Below, piece by piece: positions 25,125 through 39,000 of a DNA stretch of 64,000 nucleotides. Where the stretch lies: NCBI GenBank assembly GCA_905178155.1, contig CAJINV010000002.1, positions 7,923,650 through 7,987,649 on the forward strand. The letters run 5' to 3'. This stretch comes from Amoebophrya sp. A120. Taxonomy: Eukaryota > Protista > Dinoflagellata. Each line of letters starts with the position of its first letter. The first letter of the stretch is position 1. The notes beneath the pieces were generated by a model that did no database searches, was not told the origin of the DNA, and worked only from the letters and a program-made list of their open reading frames with translations. The translations under genes were made by a program, and so were the position numbers.

Positions 25125-28100
25125 TTAAGAGATCCGCCAGATTTCCTTTGGTTTTCGGTCTGCGTCGGTTTCTGCGACGATTCTCTCGCCGTGCGCATCG
25201 ATCCCCATGCGGTCCCGCGATTTCAGGGTTCGGATTTTCCGGGCCTGCGCCAGTGCGTCCTGGGTGGTGTTGGTCATCTCCTTGGGCGCCGGCGTCCGGT
25301 TCGCGACCGACATCACCCTCCCGGCCAGTTTCGAGTTCAAAAAGTGCGGCTTGTCGTGCTGCCAGGAGGAGAGACGCAGGGTCTTCGTCCCCACCAGGCT
25401 CCACCAGTCCGTCTTGAAGTCCTGCCCCAGTAGGTCGTCAATGTGGTCCAGGATGGACAGCTTGCACGTGGGCTTCATCAGGTCCTTCTTGTCCCGGACG
25501 TACTTGCCCATCCGCTTCTTGTCTCGGTCGAAGCTCCACTCGCGGACGATGGCCGCGAAGTCCCCGCAGTTCTGCTGGAAGCACGCGCCCATCCAGTAGT
25601 TCACGTCGTACTCGTCCATGTGGCGCGGGTCGATCTCCAGCTCGTCGCGCAGCCGGTCCATCTGCCGCAGCCGCTCCCGGCTGATCTGCTGTTCGAGCCC
25701 CATCGCGGCGAAGGCGTCACGCAGGTTATCCAAGAAAAAAACTGTGTTAGTGAAACTTTCTTTGGTTGACAGCATCACAAATTTGCTCTACATGACAGAG
25801 AAAACCTGTCATGCGCGGCTTGTAAGGGAAAACACACACGAAAAGAGGACTTCATGGCTGTCTGGCATGACAGGCGCATACTCTGTTGCATGTTCTGCAA
25901 CACAAATTTACACTTACACAGTTTTTTTCTTGCATACAGGTCCGCCACCGTGTACACCTCCTCCGAGGGCTTCGTGGACAGCTGCACCGACGCGTCCTAT
26001 CCTGTGTAAAAACATCCCCATCCCAGAGCTGTGATGCAGATCTGCAAGCGCAAGAGCGTTTGTAATGCGCATCCCCATGAGAGGCGTTTCCCATTGTGTT
26101 TTGGAACTTGTAATGCTGTAAACAGGATGAGGAGATGGATTTGGTATGCGGATTCCCTCGCTAAAATGCACTACACTACAGCCTGCAACTTGTCTTGCGT
26201 GGTTCCCAAAACTTCAAGGTTTATGTTGCAAAATCCCCATCTTGACTATGGGGTGGGGATGTTTTTACATGGGATACGTCCGCGCTGTTCTTCAGCGACT
26301 TCAGCGCGTACAGCCACTCGTCCTTGAAGTACCCGGGCAGGAAGTCTTCGTACCCGTGCTCCACGATCTTCAGAAACGTCTGCGCCCGCAGCGTGTCGTC
26401 GAAGCGCTTCAGCAGGTAGCAGAACTCCTCGAAACTGGTGACCCCGTCCTGGTTGATGTCCGACTCGCGGAGCAGGTCGATGAAGCCGGACTGCTCGTCG
26501 CCCGGGTCCACCGGAATGCCGCCCCGCTGCATGATGTTGAACACCCGGCTGTTCGGAACCTCGAGCGGCTCGCCGGAAATGTTGGTGGGAAAGATCTCCA
26601 TCAGCTGCGACACCACGTTCTTTTGCCACCCCCCCTGCTTCTGGAACCGCAGCCAGAGGATGCGGCAGATTTCGCACACGACGCAGGCCGTGTCGAAGTT
26701 CACCTCCAGCGGCGTCTGCGCCTGCTGAATCGGGCTCGTCTGCGAAAACGCAATCTCCAGCGCCTTCAGATACATCGCCGGCGTCAGCTGATTGTCCTCA
26801 ATGTACAAATCGCGGTTCGGGAAGCGGAACTCCAAGAACGCCCCGCACACCGCCTGCAGCTCCGTGATGCTGATCCACCCGAACTGGCCGGGCTGGAACG
26901 CGTCTTCCTCCTGCTCCTCCTTCTTGTCCTTCTTTTTCGCCGCTGCTGCACTGGAGGCCGACCCTGCTGCCGCCCCCTGCTGCCCACCGGCTTGCTGGTT
27001 ATTTTGTGCGCCACCATTTCCGCCGGTGTTAGTACTTGACGACGCTCCTTCGATTTCCACCACCTGCTCACCCCCGAACCGGACGTGGCCCGCCTGCCCC
27101 TGGCCGTCCTCCTGCGCCTGATGTTCGACACCCCCAGTCGGAGACCCGTCCGCCGCCGCGCCGCCACTGCTGTTCCCCCCGGCGCTCCCGGCGTTTTCTG
27201 TCGCGGCCGCTGCGCCGGCACTTTGTTCCGAAGTTGATGTGTTCATCGCACTCTTCACCAAGCCCAGCCCCAGCTCCGGGTACTCGCGGCTGAGGTGCAG
27301 CATGACAAATTGATCCGCCAACCAGTTGAGATCGTTCAGCGGGTGCAGTTGCTCCAACTTGCTCCATCGGTTCTCGTATTCCTGCACGGACTTCAGCTGC
27401 CGCGAGCTCATGGACACGTATTTCCACCGGGAGAGAAAGGGGCGAAGATCCCCCACGAGCGAATTCAGCAACACCGGCTCGATTCGCGTGAAGTCCGTCA
27501 ACAGCTCCAGGTCCGTGACCCCGACCGCGGCCGGGTGCTTCTTATGCAAGCGTCAGGTTTGAAATCGACAAAGTTGAAATGATTTGCCATGCATAAAATG
27601 GATGCCAGTTGGGGCCTCAGTTTTCAAGTGGCGCATGACAAATTTCGGCAGCACCAAAATCCAGTCTGTCATGCTGTTTGGGCAAAGAACGCTGCTCCTG
27701 TCATGCTACTCTGGCAGCACATCGTCTTTCCCTAAACAGGCTCGCAATCGGTCTCCTTTGCCTCCTCCCCAACACAGGCCACACGTGCCCTACATTTTAC
27801 GCATCACAAATTATTTCAACTTTGACGATTTCAATCCTGACACATCCATACTTCTTCCCGTCCCCGTAAAGCCCGTATCCGGTCAGCGACCCGAGCTCCA
27901 GCGCCAGCAGCTCGGCCATCGTGGCGATGATCTGCTTCTTCACGTCCATGGCCTGGCTGCGCATCTTCATCTTGGAGTCCTCCTGCTCGCTGTCGGAGTC
28001 GCTGCCGGCTGTCTTGCCCCCGCCGGAATTGAAGTCCACGTTGGAAACCGAAAACGCGATCCCGCCGGACTTCTCCATGGGGTTGGCCTTGCCGCTCGCG

Positions 28101-28960
28101 ACCGAACTGTTGAACTCCGCGCGCAACTTCTCCTCCTCGCTCTGCTTCCACAGCTCCTCCTGCTTCTTCTTCAGCTCCGCGGCCTCGCGCTTGCGCAGCC
28201 GCTCCTCCCGCAGCCGCTGGGTCCGGACCGACTCCACCACCTTCCACTTGCCGCTCGCGCTCCACCAGCCCCCGCCGTGCGACAGCTTCCGCGCCGTGAT
28301 GTTCTTCCGCAGCGCCTCGGCCTTCAGGTTTTCCATCGCCTCGGTCGCCCACATGTCGCGCTGCACCAGCACGTCCTCCTCCTCGTCCTCATCGTCATCC
28401 TCATCCTCGTCGTCCTTCTTCTTCTTTTTCTCCTTGGTCTGCGAGGTGGTATAGTAGCACTGGGGGTTCCCGAGCGTCTGCTGCAAAAACTTCCGGCGGA
28501 TCAGCTGCGGCGTGATGTTCTCGCCGATCAGATTATCGTAAAGAAAGATTCCCCCTCCCCATATTGAAAACGCATCCGTCTGAAAATTTGTGATGCACAT
28601 TTGTCACCTCAAATCTTGTCTGTCTTGCAAGAAGGCAAGTCTGGAGAGCCCCCTGCATTTTGCAGGCGGTTTGTGATGCTGTTGGGCTTAGAGCATACAC
28701 TTTTGCCATGCTAGGTGCCTACGTCAAAACCTCTCGACCGAGGCTTGACATATGCCTGCAGTCCTCTACTGCAAGACAAATCTGATTTGTGTACGGAAAT
28801 CCAGCATCAGAAACTTCGTTTCGATATGGGGAGGGGGGATTTTTCCTCTTGATACAGATTCCGTTTCAACCGCCGGTGCAGTTCCTCCATGTACTCCAGA
28901 TTTTTCTGTCCCACCGCATGGTGCTTCTTCATGGAGGACTGCTGCGCCGCCGCGTTGCGG
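25125..28960 (-). CDS. Large EF-hand-containing protein, multi-exon; ends approximate
   Basis: EF-hand loop DINQDGVTSFEE. Exons join in frame over four introners (KRNL|IGEN, DGKK|HPA, NSAD|ASVQ, VADL|RDAF). Confidence 0.75.
25727..25936. mobile_element. Introner family D (210 bp), TSD CAGGT
   Basis: D TIRs. Inverted relative to the 21795 copy. In-frame join. Confidence 0.95.
25998..26276. mobile_element. Introner family C (279 bp), TSD CGTCC
   Basis: C TIRs. In-frame join. Confidence 0.95.
27543..27850. mobile_element. Introner family E (308 bp), TSD CTTCT
   Basis: About 50-bp imperfect TIR TATG..GTCAGG.TTGAAATCG.CAAAGTTGAAAT.ATTTG. In-frame join DGKK|HPA. Confidence 0.93.
28534..28854. 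mobile_element. Introner family A (321 bp), TSD CAGAT
   Basis: A TIRs. In-frame join KRNL|IGEN. Confidence 0.95.
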
Positions 28961-31207
28961 GACATGATGTGCTAGGACAAAGAACTGTCGCTCGTCTACT
29001 TCGGTAATATTAATGTAGCAAATGTAGTACGTGCAAGAACGTCAGTGGAGCAAAAGCCGAACATATCGTACTTACATGATTTCATTTTCAGGGTACCTGT
29101 CATATTTATGTTTCTGACATAGTTGGTTTGAGGAGGGGGCCTGGTGACAGATGATGATGGGCATGATTGCGTAATGGTACTAATATGGTCGCAAATATAT
29201 AGTAGTCTACTTGCAGCGAGCACGACTGTGCTGACCAACACAAGGCCAGACGCAAATGTAACTTCTTCCGGACGAAGACGAAAAGAGAAGAACGAATGCA
29301 CGACAGTAGTACCGACATTAGCCTAGCTTGTTGAAATGATGAAAAGCGCTTTTCAGTAAAATATCTTCACCGACTCCTGGTTGTTCTTCGCACGAAAGAT
29401 GCTAGTACCGAGGCGTCGACATCTGCATCTGCTACAGCTGCAATATACAAGGTGAACCGAAGATCCTGTGCTTGCATTGCTACGAGTACGATTACAGGAG
29501 CGGGTCAAAAATCATATCAACGAACAAACCGATCCCTTTTGCGTCGCACGAATATGTTGAAATGCAGAGAGAGTATGGTGAAAGAACCTGCTGAACGATC
29601 ATGCCATGCTACCGCTCCCACTGGTCCGTGCGGTCAATCTACTCGCCCGTCAGGGAGACAAGCCGAGTAGGCTTCTCTTCCGTAGCGAGAGTTTGCTAAT
29701 TTTTCATGAAAGAAGTTTGTACCTATCAATAGCGTGAAAAGTTCTTTTGCCGTCAAAATACTCGTCCGAAGTGCTTGTGTTGGTAGTTTCATTTTCGAAA
29801 GAAATCACATGTAATGCGGACAAAATTTTTTATCAAGCAGGGACTTCTGAACTACTGAATGGCCCCCGTAACAAGTTGCATTTCCGCAGTTTTTCTCAAA
29901 AACAAAGTAGTACGAAAACCGACTCAATAACAGAGCTTAGCCGAAAGATACGACACAGCAGCCTGGATCACGTGACTTACTCGACAGCCTGCCGTGTCTA
30001 TCTGCTTGGAGTATTTGAGTGCAAGTAGGATCTCGCGAAACATTTGTTACCGCATCCCTGCGACAGATTCTACTGAATCGACGCAGGTGCGCGCGAGCGT
30101 ACCGGTTGATAGCAAATTCATCATACAGAAAAAAACACAATATATCAAAAATGGACAGAAAAATGAGGCTGCACTATTCGAGTGAATAGGATATCTAAAT
30201 CAGCAGGCAGAATTTGGAGCGAAATAAAAAACCGCGAAATACTACTGCGGGTGCGCACTGCATGGCGGCGCACTTGTCGCGTTTTTACATGGTAGAAACT
30301 TTCCCTGTACCATCCCGATCTGTGGAATGTTGTACGCAGAAAAATGGAAGATTGTTTCATTCAAAAAGGCCTTATGTTTATGAAACTCAGCTACATAAAA
30401 AAATCACGAGGAAAACACAAAACTGTGTGGCGAAAAACAAGGAAAATGTGGACGAAAAGTGTTTCTAATATGAAAAACTTGTGTATGAAGAGTTTTCCGC
30501 CACAACAGAGAAGTGAAATACACTAAGCAACGATGACTACATCGCTATTCAGTGTGGTTTTTGAGATTTTCTGGTGTACTGTTTCAAAACCCAAATTATA
30601 CAGCGTGTAAGTAATCTGCACAGACGAGAATGAGCAAGAGACGATCTCCCTTGCTCCATCCTCGAAAATTTTATATCACGTTCACACAAAAGATCAATCT
30701 GCCGTGCTAGACGCTTCTGGACCTACCGCCGCACACCGCGTGCGCTTTTGAAAAAAACCAACAAAACCTGTTGGAGCGCTACGACAGTCGCGATAAGGAA
30801 AGATTTCTTGGTAAAGCCATCGCAATCTCTAGCAAAGGCAAAAACGCGCTTGACTTCGATTCGCCGATCCCCAAATGAATTAAGACCGAGCGAGATAAAA
30901 GACAAAATAATTGGTGATGTTGTGTTGATGTAGAAAGAAACTAGTCTCGGAAAAGTAAAAGGACAGGGACACAGAGGTCCTGTTCAATATGCCTTGGCGC
31001 TTTGACATCATTCAAAGTTCGTGATAGAATTCGTCGACAAAATGCGAATTGATTTTCAGGTCGCCCTGTCTTAGACATACCATCAAAAAGCGAGCGGGAA
31101 TCAACAAAAGATTTGGAAGTCGACAAAAAAATTCTGCGTTGCTTTTCTTTGCAGGTTTGAAGTTTGAAGATGTTGAGTTAGAGTTGACCACCGACAGTAC
31201 AATTTTT

Positions 31208-34200
31208 TTATCCAGAAATTGCAGCATGAGCTGTTGTAGAAGTAGTTGCACAACTACCGGTCGGCACCGGAGGACCTCCAGCAGCTCCACCAGTGGTGCT
31301 ACTATTTGCCCCCGCCGCAAGAACCTGTTGATTTCCGTAGAACACGCTCGGGTCGAAGGTACCGCGGGAGGACGGGTAGGAGACGGCGTCCTCAGATCCG
31401 CCGGTGATGGTCGACATGGTCGCCAGCGAGTCCACGTCCTTGCCGTGATAACCACCGGCAGAAGTCATGTCAGTTTGCCCGATCAGAGTGCCGTTCGTCG
31501 TGGACCCGGAGATCCGGCGCAGAAACTCGTCCGTCGGGGGCGAGTAGAGGACTGCTGCTGATTTAGTGTTCGCTGGCGGCGTTTGATGGGGCGCCAGCAC
31601 ATGATCGTGATACTGGCCCTGCGCAGACTGTAAATTAGAAGTGTTGTTGTACCTGCTGGAACAAGTCGAAGTTGTACTATTTTGCATGATCTCCGGTGTC
31701 AACGCTATCGGTCTGTTGTGCGCTGGCGCCCGTTGAAGATGTTGCTCAGGAATTACCATATCAGGTGTTGAGCAGTCGTTGACCGCCCGCCGATCCGGAT
31801 GCGCTATTTGCTGGTGCTGGTGGGGGTTGAACAACGACTCCTGGGTATTGTTGTAAAAAGTTGTACCATGTCCATGATGATGATCTACTCCAATTGATGC
31901 TGAAGAAGTGTTATTGCCGCTGAAACTCGTGACTGCGTGACTGTGGACCGTGCGCTGATGCGGATTTGGAAAGCTTCCTGTAGTTGTACCATGCTGCTGG
32001 TTGTTCAACGTGCTGCTCATTCCGTAACTCGGGTTGTAGCTCGGTCCAGCTGGTGCTGCACTACTGTTGCTCATAGTGTTTCCGTACATCTGTTCTGAGG
32101 AAGACGCTGGATTGTACTTCCTCCGTGCATTTGGATGGTGATACGTCAAACCTGGAGGTCCACCGGCGCCTTGTTGTCCGTTACTGTTGCTGGACACGTA
32201 GGAGGATTCGCGCACAATCGGAGGACCCGTTGGGACGATCATGCTGCTGCTCATGCCGTGGTGGTCTACACCAGCTGCACTGCCGATGCTGGTTCCGATG
32301 CCGAATCGGGAGTTGCACAGCGCCCCGCTCATGAAGAAGTCGGCGTTGGTGATCGCATCGTACACGGGGAGGTTCCGCCTGGTCGCCTGCCGGATCACCT
32401 CCGAGTAGGGCGGCAACTCCGTGCACTCGATGAGGAAGACCGCGACGTTGGGATGCTGCGTCAACACTTTCTCCGTCAACTGCTCGAGGCCGCGCTTCAC
32501 CTCCCCCGGGTTCAGCGGCTTGCCGTACTGCAGCGCCTCGTGCAGCCCCGGGATGCGGGAGCAGGAAACCACCACCAAGCGGTTCAGATTCACGTGCGAC
32601 AAGCCGGAAACCTTCTGGATTTCCGGCAGCTTGGGGAGCAGGTCCCGGCCGGACGCCGTGAAGATGGCGATCTCCGCCTCCACCGGCGTGGAGCAGGCCA
32701 CCGCCGGCAAGTGCGCAAAGACAGACATGAAGACCGGGATGTGGAACAGGGACCGCGACCGCACGTGCTGCTGTGCCTTCTGCTGGAAAAACACCATGAA
32801 CCCGCAGTCCGAAGTGATCCCCGACACGCGAAACTGAAAAACCAACTGGTCCAAAACGCGGTAAAAGGAACGCTCGACCTGATAGGGTGGAAAGAATTTT
32901 CATTGCGGATAGCAGCTAAGGACTTGAAAGTTGTGACCCTGTTTTTAGGTTCTTATCGTGCCTGATAGATCGATGCACGTTGTTGCGGCCATAATTCTAC
33001 CAAAACATCATGATCCGAAGTACTAGTAAGTGGCGTCCTTCTGAGAAATAAAGATTTGCGAGACAAGAAATGGAAATCAAACGAGAACTACAACAATTCG
33101 TACCTCGCGACTCATGACGCCCCTGCGGCACATTTCGAAGGTCAAGCCCGGCACCATCAAACTGACCGAGCGGTAGCTGTAGCTGGACGGGTGTGCGATG
33201 TTTCCGGGAACCGGGTCGTAGTCGTGATCAATGCGCACAATACCCAGGGTGGGTGACGGATTATCCTCCACAACTTCGACGAAAGTTACCTGGTGCTGCC
33301 GAGCCGCCACCGGCTGCTGCGATTGCTGGTGCGGGTTGTGCGGCTGCTGTGCTGGGTGCTGCATGAAGGAGTTGTGGTGCTGCGACGTCGTCGTCGGAGC
33401 CTGTGGTCTGTTTAACATCATGCGTTCATATTGTTCCCCGCGTTGTTCCTCCTGATCATGGCCCTGCCTACTACTTCCTGCTGTCTGTAAAAATTCCTGC
33501 ATCTCTACCCCCTGGCTCTGCTGCTGTTGTGCGTAGCCGCGGGAGGTGCTGCCGGAAGCTGCAGGAGCCTGTTGTCCTGGTGAGACTACAACATCGTGTT
33601 CGTCAAAGCTCAACCTCTGCCGAATATTTACGTCGGTATCGAATTCCTCTCGCGCCGCACTGCGTGTGGTGCTTCGGGGAGACGAAATGTCGCCTTGTTC
33701 AAGCATGTAATTATTCACACAACTACCACTATTCCTTGCCGCATTTTTCGCACGAAACTCGCTGAAGGTGGAGATCACTTCCGAGTGCGGTGTTCCGACG
33801 ATCGCTCTGTAGTTGCCGCTCCTGTGCTTCGACGAACTGCCACTCCGGGGCTGCTGCTGAAAATGATCTTCATAAGGTGCATGATGGCGCGGAGGTTGCT
33901 CATTCGAAACCCGGCTGCTTGATGTCCTACACCCGCTTTTTCCACCTGGTGCGCCTTGCTTGTCAACGCAACTCCGCGGCGTGCTGGTGATGGACTGGCA
34001 GGGCGAAGAGGAGGAGTATCCGTTCAGAGACAAAGCGTTCTTTCGGTGTTGGGTCATTTGCGGTTCGTGCTGTGTTGCGGAACGGAAAAGGACGTCACTT
34101 TCTTCATATTGCGAGCTTAATATGCTCAGATCATGGGGTGACGCGCGTTGGCTGTGTTCCACGTGGTGCCTGTGCCGGTCGTCGTTGATATTGTTCTGCG

Positions 34201-35083
34201 CAACGTCGTGTCTTGTCGAGCTGAAAGCGCCACGATCGTCCCCGTTCCCCTCGGCCTCCTCTTCCTGATCCTGCAAGTGATCGCCCTGCAGTGCGCTCAC
34301 GAACTTCCGTCGGGGAACTGCTCGCGGGAATGTTCCAACAACATTTCGGGGCACTGATTGATGTTCCGTAGGCGAAAAGGATTCCGGATCATCTTCGTCG
34401 TCATAATTCATCGCGTTAAAAATAAAACCACTTCTACTGCTTTCACGATCGACAACTCTCGTCTCCGGCCCTCTACTCCTTCCTGGCTTGGAATTCTTAA
34501 GCCGCTTGCGGCAGGAAGTCGCGCTAACCGCTTTCGCCAGAAGATTCTGCAGAACATCTGCAACGCCGGCCCAGTTGGTGCTTGTAGTACTGCCCGCTGA
34601 CGAAAAATCCTCTGCCGTTCTTCTCCCATCCTCCTCATCACACTCATCCTCGGTCGGTTCGCGGTCGTGCCCCGAGTGATGCACATCGAAGCAGTCGCGA
34701 TCTCGACCAAGCACTTTATGTTGTTGTGGACTTCTCTTCAGATAAAAATCTTCGCGACCAGAACCACGATGATGTCCTCGTGACTCTCCGCGAGAGGACT
34801 TTTCGAAATTTGCGGACCCGGTGGTTTTTGCACTTGATGCTCCGGCGGGCCGAACACACGTGGGGACAGCTGGAGCGTAATTTTCCGTTCGTCGTTCATC
34901 TTGTTCATCTCGGTGTACTAATCCTTTCCGGTTGCCAGCCATGATGAGCTGGCGAACTCCGGTTGTGGTCACCCGAGACCGAGAACTTCGAACTCCTTCA
35001 GCAAGAAGCGAACAGCAAAGAGTGCTCGTAGGTCTCGCACATCTCGCCCCGTGCTTTCTCCCCGAAGTCAGCGGATGAACCAC
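31208..35083 (-). CDS. Asp/Glu/hydantoin racemase-family domain protein with long low-complexity N- and C-terminal extensions
   Basis: LGIVRIDHDYDPVPGNIAHPSSY, GITSDCGFM, FLIECTELPPY, PVYD: the two-cysteine racemase-fold pattern. Intron(s) at about 32850-33100. Confidence 0.75.
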
Positions 35084-36038
35084 CTGCGCTGGTTGCAGTC
35101 GCCGCCATGTTCTTGATTCCTATTTGATATTAAATCAGTGTCTGCTGCAGCCACCACGTAAAAGCAGTACTATGACGCTCGTGCTGTTTCCGCGAGCAAG
35201 AATTGGTCGTACTATTTTTCTACTCGTGTTTTAACACCTGAGAAAAAACAAGATACTCGCGTGCTCGCACCAGCAAGCGCGCTCACGCGCTGCACTGGCG
35301 TTCGCAAGACTCCTAGTAGTACACTGGGTTCAACAAGTATGAAAATGATCGGAATCGTGTGTCTAGAAGTGGAGTTTCCGTGTCGAATCAACAGAGGCGG
35401 GGCCGTTCACAAGTATATCATGAGGGAGAACGATATCACGGGGTATGGGTATGGGTATGGGGTTCCGCTCCTGGAAGAAAGGTTTTTTTGATAGCAAATC
35501 GATCAAATCCATGTGATTTTTCGATAGCATCAGCAGGCGTACGATAACGATTGGCACAGCCGAATTTTTTCAAGAACGAAGTTAAGCCGTCACTGTAGGC
35601 ACGATACGAGTTTTTAAATCATAGTGCATTCTGTCAAGTTTGGGCAATAAAAAAAGACACCCTCTTTACCGAGCTTCACCAAGCGAGTGAAGAACCGACT
35701 GTATCATATATGCTTCAGAGGCTCTTCATCACATCATTGTAGACGCTATGCATATTCATCTCTCAGCGAACCAACTAGTGTGCAAACTTTTGTACGATGA
35801 GGTGCAAGTGGCCAACTTGACCTTCTTTCCGGACGAAAAAACAAGCGCTCGTAACTGCAAAAATACCACCCGAAAACCAGGTATGGCTGCCGAAGATCCT
35901 GTTCATTTTCTTCCTCTATTTATGATGCGCAGATCAATCACTGCAGGATAGTAATTCCTTTCACATGACACGAAAAATGTAAGGTCGTCGTATAAGTACC
36001 CTGTTCTCCCGTGAGTAACAGACCAAAAACCGAAAATT

Positions 36039-39000
36039 TCATGTCGCAAAAGTTACATTACCAGCAATTTTGTCCTCTGCTGTGACTAAACCTGCAGGTC
36101 CATGTAGATGTACTTGCCCGCCGGTTGTGCCAGTTGTACTGCCATCTACCGTCCCGGGATCGAAAACTACTACAGCGTCGCCACAGTAGAGAAAGAGCAA
36201 GGAGAGTAATCTTTCTATGGGCCGGAAGAAATTTGAACAGAGGAAGGAAATGAAGACCAGAGCAAATATTTTTGTACACGAAAACACGTACTTGTTCCCG
36301 CATACACTACCACAACAAGTACATAACAAGCCTAAAATTGGTATGACCAGCTCCAAAACCACCTTGTTCCAGAAAAACACAACCGCTTTCGTAGCACAGC
36401 CGAATATCCCCCGCCCGAGTGTTTGTAGGAAAGACCGTAAACAGCTCCCTAGAGTGGCTCCAGTGGATTTTTTTTCCTGCTTGTTTGCCTGTTCTGTACG
36501 AAATGTAACCGTTTTCGACCCTTGCCGGGACTTGCTCGAGAAGGGACTTGACGCAGAAGACCTTGTTGTGCTGGTGGTGCCGTAGTAGTTGTAGTACGAC
36601 CCAAAAGCGTTGTAGAAGCCTTGTTCGACATTTCCCGTGAGACCTGTACTAGTAGAGGTGGACCCATTTCTACTAGCAGTACCTCCGAGGTGGAAAAAGT
36701 CCTCCTGCCGCGCTCTCCCCCACTCCCTTTCTGAAAGCCCCAGCTTCTCGTGGTGTTCCTGTGCCAGTGGATGCGTGAAACCAGAGACGTAGGTGCGGTT
36801 CAAGTTTGTTTCCTTCGCATAGAGGACCCCAGAAGCACGGCTTGACGTGGGGGTCATCTCAGTCACAGTACTAGTCGCGTGCTGAAACCGGTGACTAAAC
36901 GCCGCGAGCCGCCGCTCTTTGCTCGTCTTCTCGATACTTCCGGGGCTAATGGTCGCATCTAGAGACGGGGAGCTGCTCGGTGAACTGCTCTCCGCAGCGC
37001 TGGGCCTAGATGTGGTTGTACTCCCCACTGGCGGCATTCCTGCTTCTGGTTTTGTTTTACTACTCTTTCTTATTGGGCTATCTTTACTCGTTTTTCTCCG
37101 ACTCGACGGAGAAGCTCCGCTCCTTTCGGGCACGATCTCCGCAGTACTAGCTCTAGCGTCCGCATGACCCTTAACCTTATTTGTGCTGCTGTGATTGTTT
37201 GATAAGATCTTCCCGGCTGGCGGTGATGTACTATGAAAATCATGATCAGGTCGTGTTCCACTACCCAGCATCCCTCTCCGTGAGTTGCCCTCGGGGTCCG
37301 GGTCCGTGATTCTCCGCTCGGCCTGGTGGTAGAAGCGTGCGGTCGGAAACTCCGGCTCCCCCGGCCCCATGGTGCAGACCGGGAACTGGTTCGAACCTCC
37401 GTACTCGAAAGGCAGAATTTCCTTGGGAATCTTAGTGAACAGCGCTTGTTGCAGAAACGGAAAATTCTCCTCGTCCCCGACAATGGTGTCCCGCGAATGG
37501 AAGGGGATCTGCAGAAAAAAGATCTTTTTGCAGGTATTCGAGGGCGCGAACGCGCGAAAGATGCTCCACGCGATCTGGAACAATGGTGGCGCGTTGATGA
37601 TGAAGGTGCCGCGCTGGGTGCCCGGGTAGTGGTTCAGCAGGAGTTTCACCAGCGTCTTCTGCAGCGCGGAGTGCTTGGACAGGCGGAAGGTCCACCCCGA
37701 GAAGTCCATCAGCACGTAAATCTGGAACGTGGGCAACTTCTGTATCCTATGTAAAAACGTACCCACACCAGAGTTGTCATGCTAAACAAAATGCGACACA
37801 CTTTGCCCCCCCATTGTGCCATAGCCGCAGATGGCCTGAGACGCAGGGCGGGTGGGTCAGGCGGACACCTAAGTGCCATCGCCATCATCTCCCGGCCACT
37901 ATATTCCAACTCTGTTATCGCCACCAACCATACTTCACAACCATCCATACTGTGCCAACTTGCCATCTGAACAACGCCTCACTTTTTATTTGCCAACAAT
38001 TCCTTACTCTGATTCTCGCAAACTTCCAACTCGCAACCACTATAACGGGGATGTACAGCCAGGCCCACAACTACAAGAGAAAGCTGCAGCCTGCGGCAAA
38101 CCAGTTGTTACTGTCTGGACGAATGCATTCACTGGAGGCACTAAGCGACAAGCGCCAGCCTGAAGTGATGTTTAAACATCCAAACTAAAGGTAAGAGGTG
38201 CGAGATTTAATGCTGATCTACCAGACCGCCGGATTTGGCGATCATGATCGGCGACTGCTTTACACATGACCGAACGTGCGGGGTACAGATACACGATTGG
38301 CAAGGCTGCTCAAGTAGAGCACGTTTCTGCACGCGGACCGCTGCCCACGCGGGAGCAACACAGAAGCGCAAAACATCGGCGCCAGGTTCATTCTCGATTC
38401 CACGGCGGGAATATTCCCGCGTCGTGGGCAACACCATCTCCCCCAGCGCTGAAAAGCCTTGAGCTCGCATCTATTGCGCGCCCCTACATCGCATCTATTG
38501 CGCTGGGGAACACGACTCGATTGAGCTTGTTGCTACTGGCTTGGGCGAGCTGGGGGGCATCCACGCTCGCGAAGCCTCGACCTGGTGTCCGTCTGCCGAA
38601 GCCTACCCGAGCTGCTTAATCCACCGGCGGCATGGTGGACTTAACCCTTTCCAGAACTCCTGCCCAGGTCTGATTTCGTATTCCGGATCTGCTGCGAACA
38701 TGGAGAAGTTGCTGCCCATGCCCGTCAGACTAAGCGAGGACCTTGCTGCTGCGCAGGATGGTGCGTGGACGACTGCTGCAGGATTCAGGCGCCGTGCCCG
38801 GGCGGGGAGGAGGTCATTTTTAGGAGGGGTACTCCGCAGCGCGGGGCGCTGGTTCTGAGATCTCGGCTAGTGTAAAAAAAGGGGGCCTGAGATCTAGTAG
38901 GCTACTGTAAAGGGGGGCACAGCGGACCCGCCACGCTCGGGTGTTTATCTACTTCTTTCGAAACTCCTCTTCAGGGAGTCGGGGGAGATACCGACGTGGT

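Noticed and set aside
38207-38858. Short ORFs shared by both 5' UTR copies as an ORF1/gag
   Set aside because: Short, on both strands, no recognisable motifs. Conservation is explained by overall nucleotide similarity.
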